Source: Acidimicrobiaceae bacterium
GTDB taxonomy: Bacteria > Actinomycetota > Acidimicrobiia > Acidimicrobiales > RAAP-2
Length of the DNA stretch: 64,000 nt
Assembly (NCBI GenBank): GCA_947455165.1
Contig: CANGMP010000004.1
Location: 890 to 64,889 of the forward strand
Direction: 5' to 3'
Shown here: positions 10,338-19,954 of the stretch, piece by piece
How positions within the stretch are numbered: position 1 is the first letter of the stretch
Layout of the letters: every line of letters begins with the position of its first letter
Translations under genes and position numbers: made by a program
Notes under the pieces: model-generated
What the model saw: only the letters and a program-made list of their open reading frames with translations
What the model was told of the DNA's origin: nothing
The model's database searches: none

Positions 10338-11044
10338 TGTTCGTTGAGTCCTAGGTAGTACTGACGAAGTCGAGTGTCGGCCGCGACGGCGGCGGCCGCG
10401 TCATCGGCCACAACCGCACCGACGTGCAAGACAACTGCATGGTCGGCAATGCGAAGTGCTGACTTTGCATTCTGTTCAACGAGCAACACGGTGAGCGATT
10501 GCTCGGCACAGAGTTGCTTGATCGTGCCCATCAGCTCAGCGGTGACGAGCGGGGCTAGGCCGAGCGACGGTTCGTCGAGTAGCAAGACCTTGGGGTTCGC
10601 GATGAGGGCGCGTCCCATGGCCAGCATTTGACGTTCGCCGCCAGACAGGGTGGCAGCAAACTGCTTGCGACGTTGGCCGAGGACGGGGAACTGCGCGTAT
10701 TGGCGTTCGAGTCCTTCGGCGATATTGACTTTGGAAGCCAGCGCACCCAGTCGAAGGTTCTCTTCGACGGTGAACTCGGCAATAACACCACGGCCCTCCG
10801 GTACGTGAGCGACACCCATGCGAGCAATGTCTTCTGTGGGTTCATTGGTGATGGTTTTCTCATCGAAGGTCACGTCGCCGCTGGCGGGCTTGATGAGCCC
10901 GCTGATCGTGCGCAGCAACGTCGTCTTGCCGGCACCGTTTGCACCGAGGACGGCCGTGATGCTGCCGGTTTGCGCCTGAAAGCTCACGCCTCGCAACGCC
11001 TGAACGGCGCCGAAGCTCACGGAGAGATTTTGAACGCCAATCAT
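10334..11044 (-). CDS. livF: Liv-type ABC ATPase (LivF-like)
   Basis: GANGAGKT, VPEGRG, LSGGERQML, LLDEPSLGLAP, VEQN. Confidence 0.92.
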   Translation of the reverse strand: MIGVQNLSVSFGAVQALRGVSFQAQTGSITAVLGANGAGKTTLLRTISGLIKPASGDVTFDEKTITNEPTEDIARMGVAHVPEGRGVIAEFTVEENLRLGALASKVNIAEGLERQYAQFPVLGQRRKQFAATLSGGERQMLAMGRALIANPKVLLLDEPSLGLAPLVTAELMGTIKQLCAEQSLTVLLVEQNAKSALRIADHAVVLHVGAVVADDAAAAVAADTRLRQYYLGLNEQ

Positions 11045-11817
11045 TCGTCAACTCCTAGGTAGGCCGCGAGGACATCGGGGTTCGAGCGAATCTCGGTGGC
11101 CGTGCCCGTGGCGATGACTTGGCCAAAGTTCAAAACCACCAGTCGGTCAACAAGTGGCATGACGAACTCCATGTTGTGCTCCACAAGCACCACGCCCATG
11201 GATTTGCGCATCTCGGAGATCAGTTCGGCGAACTCGTCAAGTTCTGACTCGTCGAGGCCTGACGCTGGTTCGTCCAGCATGATGAGTGATGGTTTGTTTA
11301 TGAGCGCCCGAGCGACCGAGACCTTCTTTGAAATGCCGTAGGGAATTTCACTCGGCAGTTTCTTGGCAAAGTCGGCTACGCCGAGGCGATCGAGCGCTTC
11401 GAGGGCGTCAGTGCGTAGCTGGGCTTCACTCTTGGCGCCCCGCGTAAGTCCAACGAGACTCGTTAGAAAGTCGCCACCGGGGCGCCGTTGGCCACCGGCC
11501 ATGACGTTTTCGAGCACGGTGCAGTGCGTGAAGAGGCCGACGCCCTGCAATGTGCGAGCAACGCCGGCCTGAGCCAACTGGTGCGGGCGCAGGTTCTGCT
11601 TGCCGGCTTGCGGAAAGTTGACATTGCCGGCGGTGGGCGAGACGAATCCGCAGGCCACGTTGAAGGCCGTGGTCTTACCGGCTCCGTTGGGCCCAATCAG
11701 GCCGACGATCTCGCCGCGAGAGACTGAAAAGGAAACATCATTGAGCGCCACGAGGCCGCCGAACTCAACTCGGACATTCTCAAGTGACAAAAGAGGGGTG
11801 GTGGATACTTCGCTCAT
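11041..11817 (-). CDS. livG: Liv-type ABC ATPase (LivG-like)
   Basis: FGGLVAL, GPNGAGKTT, LDEPASGL, VEHNM, V..AYLG. Confidence 0.92.
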   Translation of the reverse strand: MSEVSTTPLLSLENVRVEFGGLVALNDVSFSVSRGEIVGLIGPNGAGKTTAFNVACGFVSPTAGNVNFPQAGKQNLRPHQLAQAGVARTLQGVGLFTHCTVLENVMAGGQRRPGGDFLTSLVGLTRGAKSEAQLRTDALEALDRLGVADFAKKLPSEIPYGISKKVSVARALINKPSLIMLDEPASGLDESELDEFAELISEMRKSMGVVLVEHNMEFVMPLVDRLVVLNFGQVIATGTATEIRSNPDVLAAYLGVDE

Positions 11818-11902
11818 GACCTATGAAAGTTATCGTCATTCTTGAGACTTTCATTCAGATGCTGACTAACCTCGCCCCAGGCGACCATTTGAGGAGAACA
11901 CC

Positions 11903-12856
11903 ATGCCCATTACGTCTGCGTTCGGCTACCACACTCGTGCGCTCGAAGTTGTCGAAGGTCTCAACCTTTCGGGAAAGCGCGCACTCGTCACGGGCGGCGC
12001 GGCGGGCATTGGTGCGGAAACCACACGAGCACTGGCAGCCGCTGGGGCCGAGGTGATCGTGGCGGTCCGCAACCCAGCGCAAGGCGAGTCATTTCTTTTG
12101 TCGCTCGACGAATCGTTGCGAACCCTCGTAACGGTCACTCATCTCGATTTAGCTGACCTCGCTTCGGCCCGTGGCCTGGGTGAAGCTGTGTCGAGCGACG
12201 GACGACCGCTGCATATTCTCATCAATAATGCCGGCATTATGGCGACGCCCTTCGGTCACACCGCCAATGGGTTCGAGTCCCAGTTTGGAACTAATCACCT
12301 CGGTCACTTTGTGTTGACAGCGGCGATCTTGCCGGCCCTTCGGCGTGCCGAGGGTGCTCGGGTCGTCGTGCTTTCTTCGAGCGCCCATCGTCGGAGCGAC
12401 GTGGACATTCTCGATCCGAACTTCTTGAATCGTCCATACGACAAGTGGGTGTCGTATGGTCAGTCCAAGACTGCCAACGCCCTCTTTGCGGTTGAGCTCA
12501 CGAAGCGCTACGGCGGCGATGGAATCTTTGCCAACGCCGTGATGCCGGGTGGCATCATGACCGGTTTACAAAAGCACATGCCGCTCGAAGAGCAACGTGC
12601 CGCCGGCTTCACTGACGAGAACGGTGAGCCCAATCCCATGTTTAAGTCAACTGAACAGGGAGCCTCGACGTCGGTGTGGGCGGCAGTCGGCCACGAACTC
12701 GATGGTATTGGAGGCCGCTACTTGGAGAACTGCCAAGAGGCCGGTCCAATGGACCTCGCCATGCCGTTTATGGGCGTCATGCCGTATGCCCTTGACTCCG
12801 AACGGGCGGCGGCGGTGTGGGCACTCAGCGTGCAACTCATCGGTGAGAATTCCTAG
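11903..12856 (+). CDS. Short-chain dehydrogenase/reductase (retinol-DH/WWOX-like subgroup)
   Basis: TGGAAGIG, NNAG, FGTNHLGHF, YGQSK catalytic motif; GAGGAG RBS. Confidence 0.9.
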   Translation: MPITSAFGYHTRALEVVEGLNLSGKRALVTGGAAGIGAETTRALAAAGAEVIVAVRNPAQGESFLLSLDESLRTLVTVTHLDLADLASARGLGEAVSSDGRPLHILINNAGIMATPFGHTANGFESQFGTNHLGHFVLTAAILPALRRAEGARVVVLSSSAHRRSDVDILDPNFLNRPYDKWVSYGQSKTANALFAVELTKRYGGDGIFANAVMPGGIMTGLQKHMPLEEQRAAGFTDENGEPNPMFKSTEQGASTSVWAAVGHELDGIGGRYLENCQEAGPMDLAMPFMGVMPYALDSERAAAVWALSVQLIGENS

Positions 12857-12912
12857 AACATCGCTAGTAGTTTCTCGACGAAGTGAGCGAACGCGGGACC
12901 TAACCTGACCGC

Positions 12913-14007
12913 GTGAGTACGCCTGCCATTCGAACGCCTGAGAGTTACCTACCTGTCTTGGGAACGAGTAACAGCCCGTTTCTCTTGGATGTCCGCGAAC
13001 CTGACGAGTTTGCGGAGTGGGCAATTGCCGGCGCAGTGAACATCCCCCTCGGACAGCTCGAGAGTCGGTTGGGCGAACTTCCGGCCGATGGCGAGATCGT
13101 GACCGTCTGTGCTCGTGGCGCACGAGCCCAGAGTGCCGCCGAACTCTTAGCCCAGCGCGGTATTGAAGCCACCGTTTTGGCCGACGGCATGGCTGGTTGG
13201 GCCCGAACGTACGACACCGTTACGGCCCAACTCGGCGGAGCCACCGTCATTCAGATTCGACGACGAGGCAAGGGCTGTCTTTCGTACGTCGTGGGTGCCG
13301 GTTCATCGGCCGCCGTGATCGATCCCTCGACGGACATCGATCGCTATCTCGACATTGCCCGGGATCACGGTTTCACGATCACCCACATATTCGATACTCA
13401 CCTCCACGCCGACCACGTGAGCGGAGGCCGCGCGCTGGCCGCCGCCACTGGTGCTCTTTTGGTCTTAAACCCGGCCGACACCTTTGATTTTCCGTTCACG
13501 CCCCTGACTGACGGCCTGGCTGTGGAACTTGAGCAAGATGTTCATCTCACGGTCGAGGCGCTCAGCGCGCCGGGCCACACGCAAGGTTCAACCGTGTACC
13601 GACTTGGCGACGCAGCTCTCTTTACCGGTGACACCCTCTTTCTCGAGAGCGTCGGTCGGCCCGACCTCGCCGATCAGGCTGAGGAGTTTGCTCACGCGCT
13701 CTACAACACGCTGCACCAGCGAGTCCTGCCGCTCGACGACGACATTTTGATTCTGCCGGCCCACTGGGGCGACGCCGTATCTGTTCACTACGGCGAGTTC
13801 GTAACGGCCCGGTTGGGCGAACTGCGACCCGTCTTGCCGGCCCTGGCATATTCGGAGGCCGAGTTTGTCGACTGGGCTATTACCCACGTCAAGGACCGTC
13901 CCCCGAACTACGTCGAAATTGTGAAGTTCAATGCCGGTATGTCCACGCTCAGCACCGACGAGGTTCGCGAGATGGAGATGGGCCCCAATCGCTGCGCGAT
14001 TGCCTAA
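12913..14007 (+). CDS. Rhodanese + metallo-beta-lactamase-fold (persulfide dioxygenase-like) fusion
   Basis: N-terminal LLDVREPDEF...CARGAR; then THLHADH, GHT, FTGDTLF, GRPD, PAH. Confidence 0.85.
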   Translation: MSTPAIRTPESYLPVLGTSNSPFLLDVREPDEFAEWAIAGAVNIPLGQLESRLGELPADGEIVTVCARGARAQSAAELLAQRGIEATVLADGMAGWARTYDTVTAQLGGATVIQIRRRGKGCLSYVVGAGSSAAVIDPSTDIDRYLDIARDHGFTITHIFDTHLHADHVSGGRALAAATGALLVLNPADTFDFPFTPLTDGLAVELEQDVHLTVEALSAPGHTQGSTVYRLGDAALFTGDTLFLESVGRPDLADQAEEFAHALYNTLHQRVLPLDDDILILPAHWGDAVSVHYGEFVTARLGELRPVLPALAYSEAEFVDWAITHVKDRPPNYVEIVKFNAGMSTLSTDEVREMEMGPNRCAIA

Positions 14008-14100
14008 CTATTTGCCTAGTAATTCCCACTTGCTTCCCACCGAGGCTGTTGTCCCGTCCCGCCTTCGCCCGATAGGGTTTTCTTACTCGAAGGGGGAAAT

Positions 14101-15150
14101 ATGAAGATCTCAACTCAACTCGCCTACAGCGGTGGTTTCAAGGAAGCCGCTCGCAACGTCGTCGACATGGAAAAGGCCGGACTCGACATTGTCTGGGTCG
14201 CTGAGGCGTATGGCTTTGATGGTCCGTCGCTCATGGGCTACCTTGCCGCGCTGACCGAAACGGTCGAAATTGGCTCAGCGATTTTGCAGATTGGTACTCG
14301 TACTCCCACGCTGATGGCGATGACCGCGGCTGGTATCGACGCGCTGTCCGACGGCCGTTTCAGCCTCGGCATCGGTGCCTCGAACCCTCAGGTCATCGAG
14401 GGCTTCCACGGCGTTCCCTACACCTACCCCCTCGGCAAGACTCGCGAAACCATCGAGATCTGCCGAGAAGTCTGGAGGCGCGAAAAGCCTCTTGAGTACC
14501 ACGGCAAGTTCTACAACATGCCCCTCTCTAAGGAGCAGGGTGGTTCGGGACTCGGCAAGGCGCTCAAGATCATTGCCCACCCCGTCCGCAGCGAAATTCC
14601 GATCTGGGTCGCGTCGCTTGGTGACAAGAACGTTGAGATGACGGCCGAAGTCGCGAACGGTTGGATCCCAATCATGTACATCCCCGAGCGCGCCAAGGAT
14701 GTTTGGGGCGATGCTCTGGCCGCTGGTGGAGCCAAGCGCGACCCGAACCTCGGCCCACTCATGACCAAGGCCGGTGGCATCTTGGCCATTGGTGAAGGCG
14801 AAGAGATCATCAAGCTGCGCGAACTGCAGCGTTCAGTCATTGCCCTGTACGTCGGTGGCATGGGCGCCAAGGGTCGCAACTTCTACAACGACCTCGCCGT
14901 TAAGTACGGCTACGAGAAGGAAGCGGCTCTCATCCAGGACCTTTACCTTTCGGGCAAGAAGAAGGAAGCCGAGGCGGCAGTGCCGGCCGAATTCTGTGAG
15001 CTGACCACGCTGTGTGGCCCGAAGAGCTACGTCGCCGAGCGTGTGGCCGCCTTTAAGGAGGCCGGTGTTACTCACCTCGACGTTCACCCGCTGCCTCAGG
15101 CCGGGCAGACCAATGCTGACCTCATCGGCATGGTGAAGGAAATGGCGTAA
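14101..15150 (+). CDS. LLM-class F420-dependent oxidoreductase
   Basis: WVAEAYGFD, RTPTLMAMTAAGIDALSDGRF.LGIGAS.PQVIEGFHG, ALYVGGMGAKGRNFYN. Confidence 0.88.
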   Translation: MKISTQLAYSGGFKEAARNVVDMEKAGLDIVWVAEAYGFDGPSLMGYLAALTETVEIGSAILQIGTRTPTLMAMTAAGIDALSDGRFSLGIGASNPQVIEGFHGVPYTYPLGKTRETIEICREVWRREKPLEYHGKFYNMPLSKEQGGSGLGKALKIIAHPVRSEIPIWVASLGDKNVEMTAEVANGWIPIMYIPERAKDVWGDALAAGGAKRDPNLGPLMTKAGGILAIGEGEEIIKLRELQRSVIALYVGGMGAKGRNFYNDLAVKYGYEKEAALIQDLYLSGKKKEAEAAVPAEFCELTTLCGPKSYVAERVAAFKEAGVTHLDVHPLPQAGQTNADLIGMVKEMA

Positions 15151-15167
15151 AGCCTTTCAGGAACTTT

Positions 15168-15200
15168 GCGGCGCCGGGAAACCGGCGCCGCTTTTTCTTT
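15168..15200 (+). terminator. Intrinsic terminator
   Basis: GCGGCGCCGG-GAAA-CCGGCGCCGC followed by TTTTTCTTT. Confidence 0.88.
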
Positions 15201-15241
15201 CCCGGCGTTCTAGAGTCTGAACCAGAACACGGGAGGGTGAC

Positions 15242-16108
15242 GTGCCAACTGCGTCAGTGAACGGCCTTGAGATTTACTACGAGCAGTACGGAGATCCCTC
15301 GGGGGCACCACTCCTCTTGATCTGCGGCCTCGGAGCCCAGATCACGGGCTGGCCCCGAGGCTTTATCGACGCCCTCGGGGACGGCGGATTCTTCGTCACG
15401 TCCTACGACAACCGCGACGTGGGTCTCTCGTCAAACCTGCAACACCTGGGCGAACCCGACGCCGGGGCCATTCTCTTCGGTCAGACGCCACCGCCCTACA
15501 CCGTCGCCGACATGGCGGCCGACGGCGCTGCCCTGTTGGCACACCTCAAGCTCGGTCCGGTCCACGTGGTCGGTGTCTCAATGGGCGGCATGATTGCCCA
15601 GCAGTTCGCAATTGATTATCCCGAGCTGACCTTGACGTTGACGTCAATCATGTCAACGCCGGCACCCCTGGAGGTCGGCACTTCGACACCGGAGTGTGCC
15701 GCGATGCTGACTCGTCCGCGCAGCGAGGACCTCGAAACCTTCCTGCTCGAAGAGATAGAAAACTGGAAGCTCACTAATGGTTCGACCTACGAACTCGATG
15801 AAGCCTGGGTGCGCCAGCAGGCCCTCACCGCCTTGGATCGGGGACGCAACCCCGTCGGCGTGCTTCGCCACCTCTGTGCCGTGGTGGGCTCACCGGATCG
15901 CCGACCAGCGCTCGCGTCCGTCACCGTTGCGTCACTAGTCCTCCACGGTGATGATGATCCATTGGTGACGCCGTCGGGTGGCGAGGCCACCGCCGCGGCG
16001 CTGCCGAATGTCCGCCACGTCGTTTATCCCGGAATGGGTCATAGTCTCCCGGCACCACTGTGGGGCGAGATTGTAAGTGAGCTCCAGGCGCTGAAGGCTC
16101 GCGCTTAG
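15242..16108 (+). CDS. Alpha/beta-fold hydrolase
   Basis: DNRDVGLS, GVSMGG nucleophile elbow, HGDDDPL, GMGH. Confidence 0.9.
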   Translation: MPTASVNGLEIYYEQYGDPSGAPLLLICGLGAQITGWPRGFIDALGDGGFFVTSYDNRDVGLSSNLQHLGEPDAGAILFGQTPPPYTVADMAADGAALLAHLKLGPVHVVGVSMGGMIAQQFAIDYPELTLTLTSIMSTPAPLEVGTSTPECAAMLTRPRSEDLETFLLEEIENWKLTNGSTYELDEAWVRQQALTALDRGRNPVGVLRHLCAVVGSPDRRPALASVTVASLVLHGDDDPLVTPSGGEATAAALPNVRHVVYPGMGHSLPAPLWGEIVSELQALKARA

Positions 16109-18051
16109 AGCGAAGCGTCACGTCCGCCGGAGGCGATCCAGGCTTCGTACATACCGGCGTAAATCCCTTGCGCGGCGACGAGTTCTTGGTGGCTGCCTAC
16201 TTCGACGATGCCACCCTGGTCAACGACCACGATGCGATCGGCGCGCTGGGCCGTCGTTAGCCGGTGGGCAATCAAGATGGCGGTGCGACCTTCGAGCATT
16301 CGGTCGAGCGCTCGCTCGATGATGGTCTCGCTGCGCAGGTCGAGCGACGAAGTTGCTTCGTCAAGTACGAGGACGCGAGGACGTGCGAGGAAGGCTCGAG
16401 CCAAAGCGAGCAGTTGGCGTTCGCCGGCCGACAGGGTCTGTCCACGTTCGTGAACAACAGTGTCCAGACCGTTCGGGAGTCGATCGATGAGGTCACGCAG
16501 ACCGACCACGTCAACGGCTTCTTCGATGTCGTGATCGGTTGCCTCGGGGCGACCAAAGCGCAGGTTGACGCGAATCGTGCCGGAGAAGAGGAATGGTTCT
16601 TGCGGTACTACGCCCAGCTGGCTACGCAGTGAGCGCATTGTGACGCTGGTTAGGTCGATGCCGTCAACTAAGACGCGTCCGGCAGTCGGGTCGTAAAAGC
16701 GGGTGGCGAGCTTGGCCAGGGTGGACTTGCCGGCTCCGGTCGGTCCGACGAAGGCGACACTTTCGCCTGGTGCAATATCGAGGTTGACGTGCTCTAGTAC
16801 CGGTCGATCGGGGCTGTAGCCAAAGGAGACGTTCTCGAAGGTCAAGCGCCCTTCGATTGGTGGCAAGGTCATGGCGTTCGGCACTTCGTTGACTGAGGGC
16901 GCTGTCTCGAGCAGTTCGCGAAGACGGATGATTGACGAGCGGCCCTGCTGCAGCAAGTTGTACTGCTGAACGAGCAGCTGAATTGGCTGGAAGAAGCGGT
17001 TGAGGTAGAGGATGAAGAGGGTGAGTCCACCGAGGGACAACTGACCCTTCAACACCATGTTCCCGCCAATACCCAGCAGTAGTGCCTGGCTCAAGATGCC
17101 GACGGCGATGGTCACCGGACCGTAGACGGCCATGACTTGACCGGTGGCCAGGTTGGCCTTTTTGTAGTCACCAACCACGTTGCGGTGATGAATGATGTTG
17201 TGGCGCTGGCGATTGTTGGCCGTGACGACCCGAATGCCGTAGAGCGACTCAGACAAATCAGCCAGGACCATGGCAATGGCATCGCGGGCACGTAGATAGG
17301 TGTGCTCGCTGCGGACGTGGAACCAGACGGTCAGCACAAAGAGCACCGGCACGACGAGCAGGACCGTCCAGGTGGCCAGCGTCACGTTGGTGGCAAAGAG
17401 CGTCGCGGTGATAATGACCATCGTGAGTCCCTGCATGGCGAACTGGGCCAAGCCATCTTGCAGGAGTTGCTGCAAGTTCTCAATGTCGCTCGTCATGCGA
17501 CTCATCAAAACGCCGGCCTTTTCGTCAGTGAAAAAGTCGAGACTCAGACGCTGGAAGTGGGTAAAGACCTTGATGCGCAAGTCGTACATGACACGCGAGG
17601 CCAGGCGACCAGAAACCGACGTCTGCCAGCGAGTGAAGAGCGCTGCCGCACCGGCGGCGACCAAGTAAAGGATTGAGCAGGTCAGCACAACGCTCAGCGA
17701 GTGGTGGCCCGACTGCATGCCGTGGTCAATGGCGTAACCGACGAGTGCCGGTCCAGCTTGGCTGGCGGCGGAGATCAGAATGACCAAAATCGAGGCGAAC
17801 GTAAAGAGTCCGACGTGCGAGCGAATCATGCGCCCGAGAGTCAACCGGCGAGATTCAGCTTCGTTTGGAAGTTGGTGAAATGAGATGGAGACCGGCTCAT
17901 GAGTCGGTTCGTTGGCCACAATCTTGCGGACCCCATCCATGAGCTCTTGAGGAATGCCGCCGAAGGGAAGGCCAGTGGTACCGGTACCACCCGGGTGGCC
18001 ACCGCCACCCATCATTCCGCCGCCACCACCCCAGCCGCCGCCCCAGGCCAT
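16105..18051 (-). CDS. ABC exporter, fused TMD-NBD subunit B
   Basis: 6 TMs, GPTGAGKST, LSAGERQ, LDEATS, IAHRL; Gly-rich N-terminus. Confidence 0.92.
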   Translation of the reverse strand: MAWGGGWGGGGGMMGGGGHPGGTGTTGLPFGGIPQELMDGVRKIVANEPTHEPVSISFHQLPNEAESRRLTLGRMIRSHVGLFTFASILVILISAASQAGPALVGYAIDHGMQSGHHSLSVVLTCSILYLVAAGAAALFTRWQTSVSGRLASRVMYDLRIKVFTHFQRLSLDFFTDEKAGVLMSRMTSDIENLQQLLQDGLAQFAMQGLTMVIITATLFATNVTLATWTVLLVVPVLFVLTVWFHVRSEHTYLRARDAIAMVLADLSESLYGIRVVTANNRQRHNIIHHRNVVGDYKKANLATGQVMAVYGPVTIAVGILSQALLLGIGGNMVLKGQLSLGGLTLFILYLNRFFQPIQLLVQQYNLLQQGRSSIIRLRELLETAPSVNEVPNAMTLPPIEGRLTFENVSFGYSPDRPVLEHVNLDIAPGESVAFVGPTGAGKSTLAKLATRFYDPTAGRVLVDGIDLTSVTMRSLRSQLGVVPQEPFLFSGTIRVNLRFGRPEATDHDIEEAVDVVGLRDLIDRLPNGLDTVVHERGQTLSAGERQLLALARAFLARPRVLVLDEATSSLDLRSETIIERALDRMLEGRTAILIAHRLTTAQRADRIVVVDQGGIVEVGSHQELVAAQGIYAGMYEAWIASGGRDASL

Positions 18052-19892
18052 TAGAGGGCCTCGGAGGTGGTCTGTGCCAAGACTTCGGCGTAAAGCGGGA
18101 CGTTCGCGAGGAGTTCTTCGTGCGTTCCCTCGGCGACGACACGACCCGCCTCGAGCAAGATCACTCGCTTGGCGAGTGCAATGGTCGAAATCCGGTGGGC
18201 GATGACGAGCGTGGTGCGGTGCTCGAGGAGTTGTTCGAGAGCATCGTGGATCTCCGCCTCGACGTGAACGTCGATAGCGCTGGTGGCGTCGTCGAGGATC
18301 AGAATTGGGGGATTGACGAGCAGGGTTCGGGCGATCGCGATTCGCTGACGCTGGCCGCCCGACAAGGTGTAGCCACGCTCGCCGACGACCGTGTCGTAGC
18401 CCTCGGGCATCGACATGATGAAGTCGTGGGCGTTGGCGGCCCGAGCGGCATTCTCAACGTCTTCGAGTGACGCGTCGGCGCGACCGTATGCGATGTTGTC
18501 GCGGATCGAAACGGAAAAGAGAAATGGCTCGTCCAGGACCAGACCGACCGTGGCGCGCAGGCTGGGCAAGGTGACGTCACGGACGTCACGTCCGTCGATC
18601 GTGATGGCGCCTTCGCGTACGTCATAAAAGCGGGCGAGGAGACGGGCCACGGTGGACTTACCGGAACCGGTGCGGCCGACGAGCGCCACGCTTTCGCCGG
18701 CAGCGAAGGTGGCGCTGAAGCCATCGAGAATCGCCGCTCCATCGCTGTAGCCAAAGGTGATGTTGTCAAAGACAACTTCACCCTTGACGTCCAGGAGGTC
18801 AACCGCACCGGGTCGCTCGGTAATGTCGGGCACTTCGTCCAAGATTTCAAAGATACGCTCGGCGCTGGCACGAGCCCGCTGACCCATCATGACGAGTTGA
18901 CCGAGCATCATGAACGGGGCTTGCAGCATTAAGAGGTAGGCGTTAAAGGCGATGATGGCGCCAATCGGGGTGCGGCCATCAATGACCATCCAGCCTCCGA
19001 AGAAGAGGACGAGCGCCAAGCCCAGTTGTGGCAGGTTCTGTACCCACGGAGCCCACTGGCCTCGGATATCGGCATCCTTGGTGTAAGCCCACGCCACTTT
19101 CTCGGCGGCATCACCGAGACGATTGATCTCGGCCTCTTCCTGGGCGAAAGACTTGACGACTCGAACGCCGTTGATGTTTTCATCGACAATCGCCGCCACG
19201 TCCGCGAGGCGAGCCTGGATGATCCAGGAAATCGGGAACATCACGCGGCGCATCTTGATGCCCACGAGGTACAACAGGGGCATCGTTACCATCGCAATGA
19301 GGGCCAGGACGACGTTGATTGAAAGCATGAAGGCAAAGGCGATGATGCCGATACTGCACTGCACGATGATCTGCGGGGCGAACGTGAAGTACATCTGGAC
19401 GGAGCGAATGTCGCTGTTGGCACGGCTGATGAGTTGACCCGACTGCACGCGGTCAAAGAAGCTAAAGGAGAGCCACGTCAAGTGCTCGTACATCAGGTTG
19501 CGAAGATCGGCCTCGACGTTGTACGCGGTGACGAAGAGGAAGCGGCGCGAAAGGTAGCCCGTGATGCCGGCCAGCACGCCGATAATCAAAATCAGCGTTA
19601 CGATGCCCTGAATTGGCTGATGGTGACCGGGAGTCAGTCGGTTCACCGCACTCATCAGAATCTTCGGCACCAACGTTTGAAAAATGAGGCTGACGAAACT
19701 GAAGGTGATTGCGCCGAGGAAGGTAAAGCGGTGACTCTTGAGCACCGGAAGAATGCGTCGCCACCACGCCAGTTCCCGGTCGCGTGAAATTTCGGCGCGA
19801 GGCCCTTCGGCCGTCTGGGCTTCACCAATGTGCTCGAAGACGGGGCTCGGTGCGCTCGCGTGGAACTGTGGCTCCAGGCCGGTCGAATGCAT
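18051..19892 (-). CDS. ABC exporter, fused TMD-NBD subunit A
   Basis: GRTGSGKST, LSGGQRQR, degenerate LDDATS, IAHR; start at ATG 19892 after TACGCT-N6; stop overlaps the partner's ATG (TAATG). Confidence 0.9.
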   Translation of the reverse strand: MHSTGLEPQFHASAPSPVFEHIGEAQTAEGPRAEISRDRELAWWRRILPVLKSHRFTFLGAITFSFVSLIFQTLVPKILMSAVNRLTPGHHQPIQGIVTLILIIGVLAGITGYLSRRFLFVTAYNVEADLRNLMYEHLTWLSFSFFDRVQSGQLISRANSDIRSVQMYFTFAPQIIVQCSIGIIAFAFMLSINVVLALIAMVTMPLLYLVGIKMRRVMFPISWIIQARLADVAAIVDENINGVRVVKSFAQEEAEINRLGDAAEKVAWAYTKDADIRGQWAPWVQNLPQLGLALVLFFGGWMVIDGRTPIGAIIAFNAYLLMLQAPFMMLGQLVMMGQRARASAERIFEILDEVPDITERPGAVDLLDVKGEVVFDNITFGYSDGAAILDGFSATFAAGESVALVGRTGSGKSTVARLLARFYDVREGAITIDGRDVRDVTLPSLRATVGLVLDEPFLFSVSIRDNIAYGRADASLEDVENAARAANAHDFIMSMPEGYDTVVGERGYTLSGGQRQRIAIARTLLVNPPILILDDATSAIDVHVEAEIHDALEQLLEHRTTLVIAHRISTIALAKRVILLEAGRVVAEGTHEELLANVPLYAEVLAQTTSEAL

Positions 19893-19954
19893 CTGGTCAG
19901 CGTAGCGGTCTATGAAAATCCCACTCGAAGCCATCGCGAGCACTCCGCTGGGAA

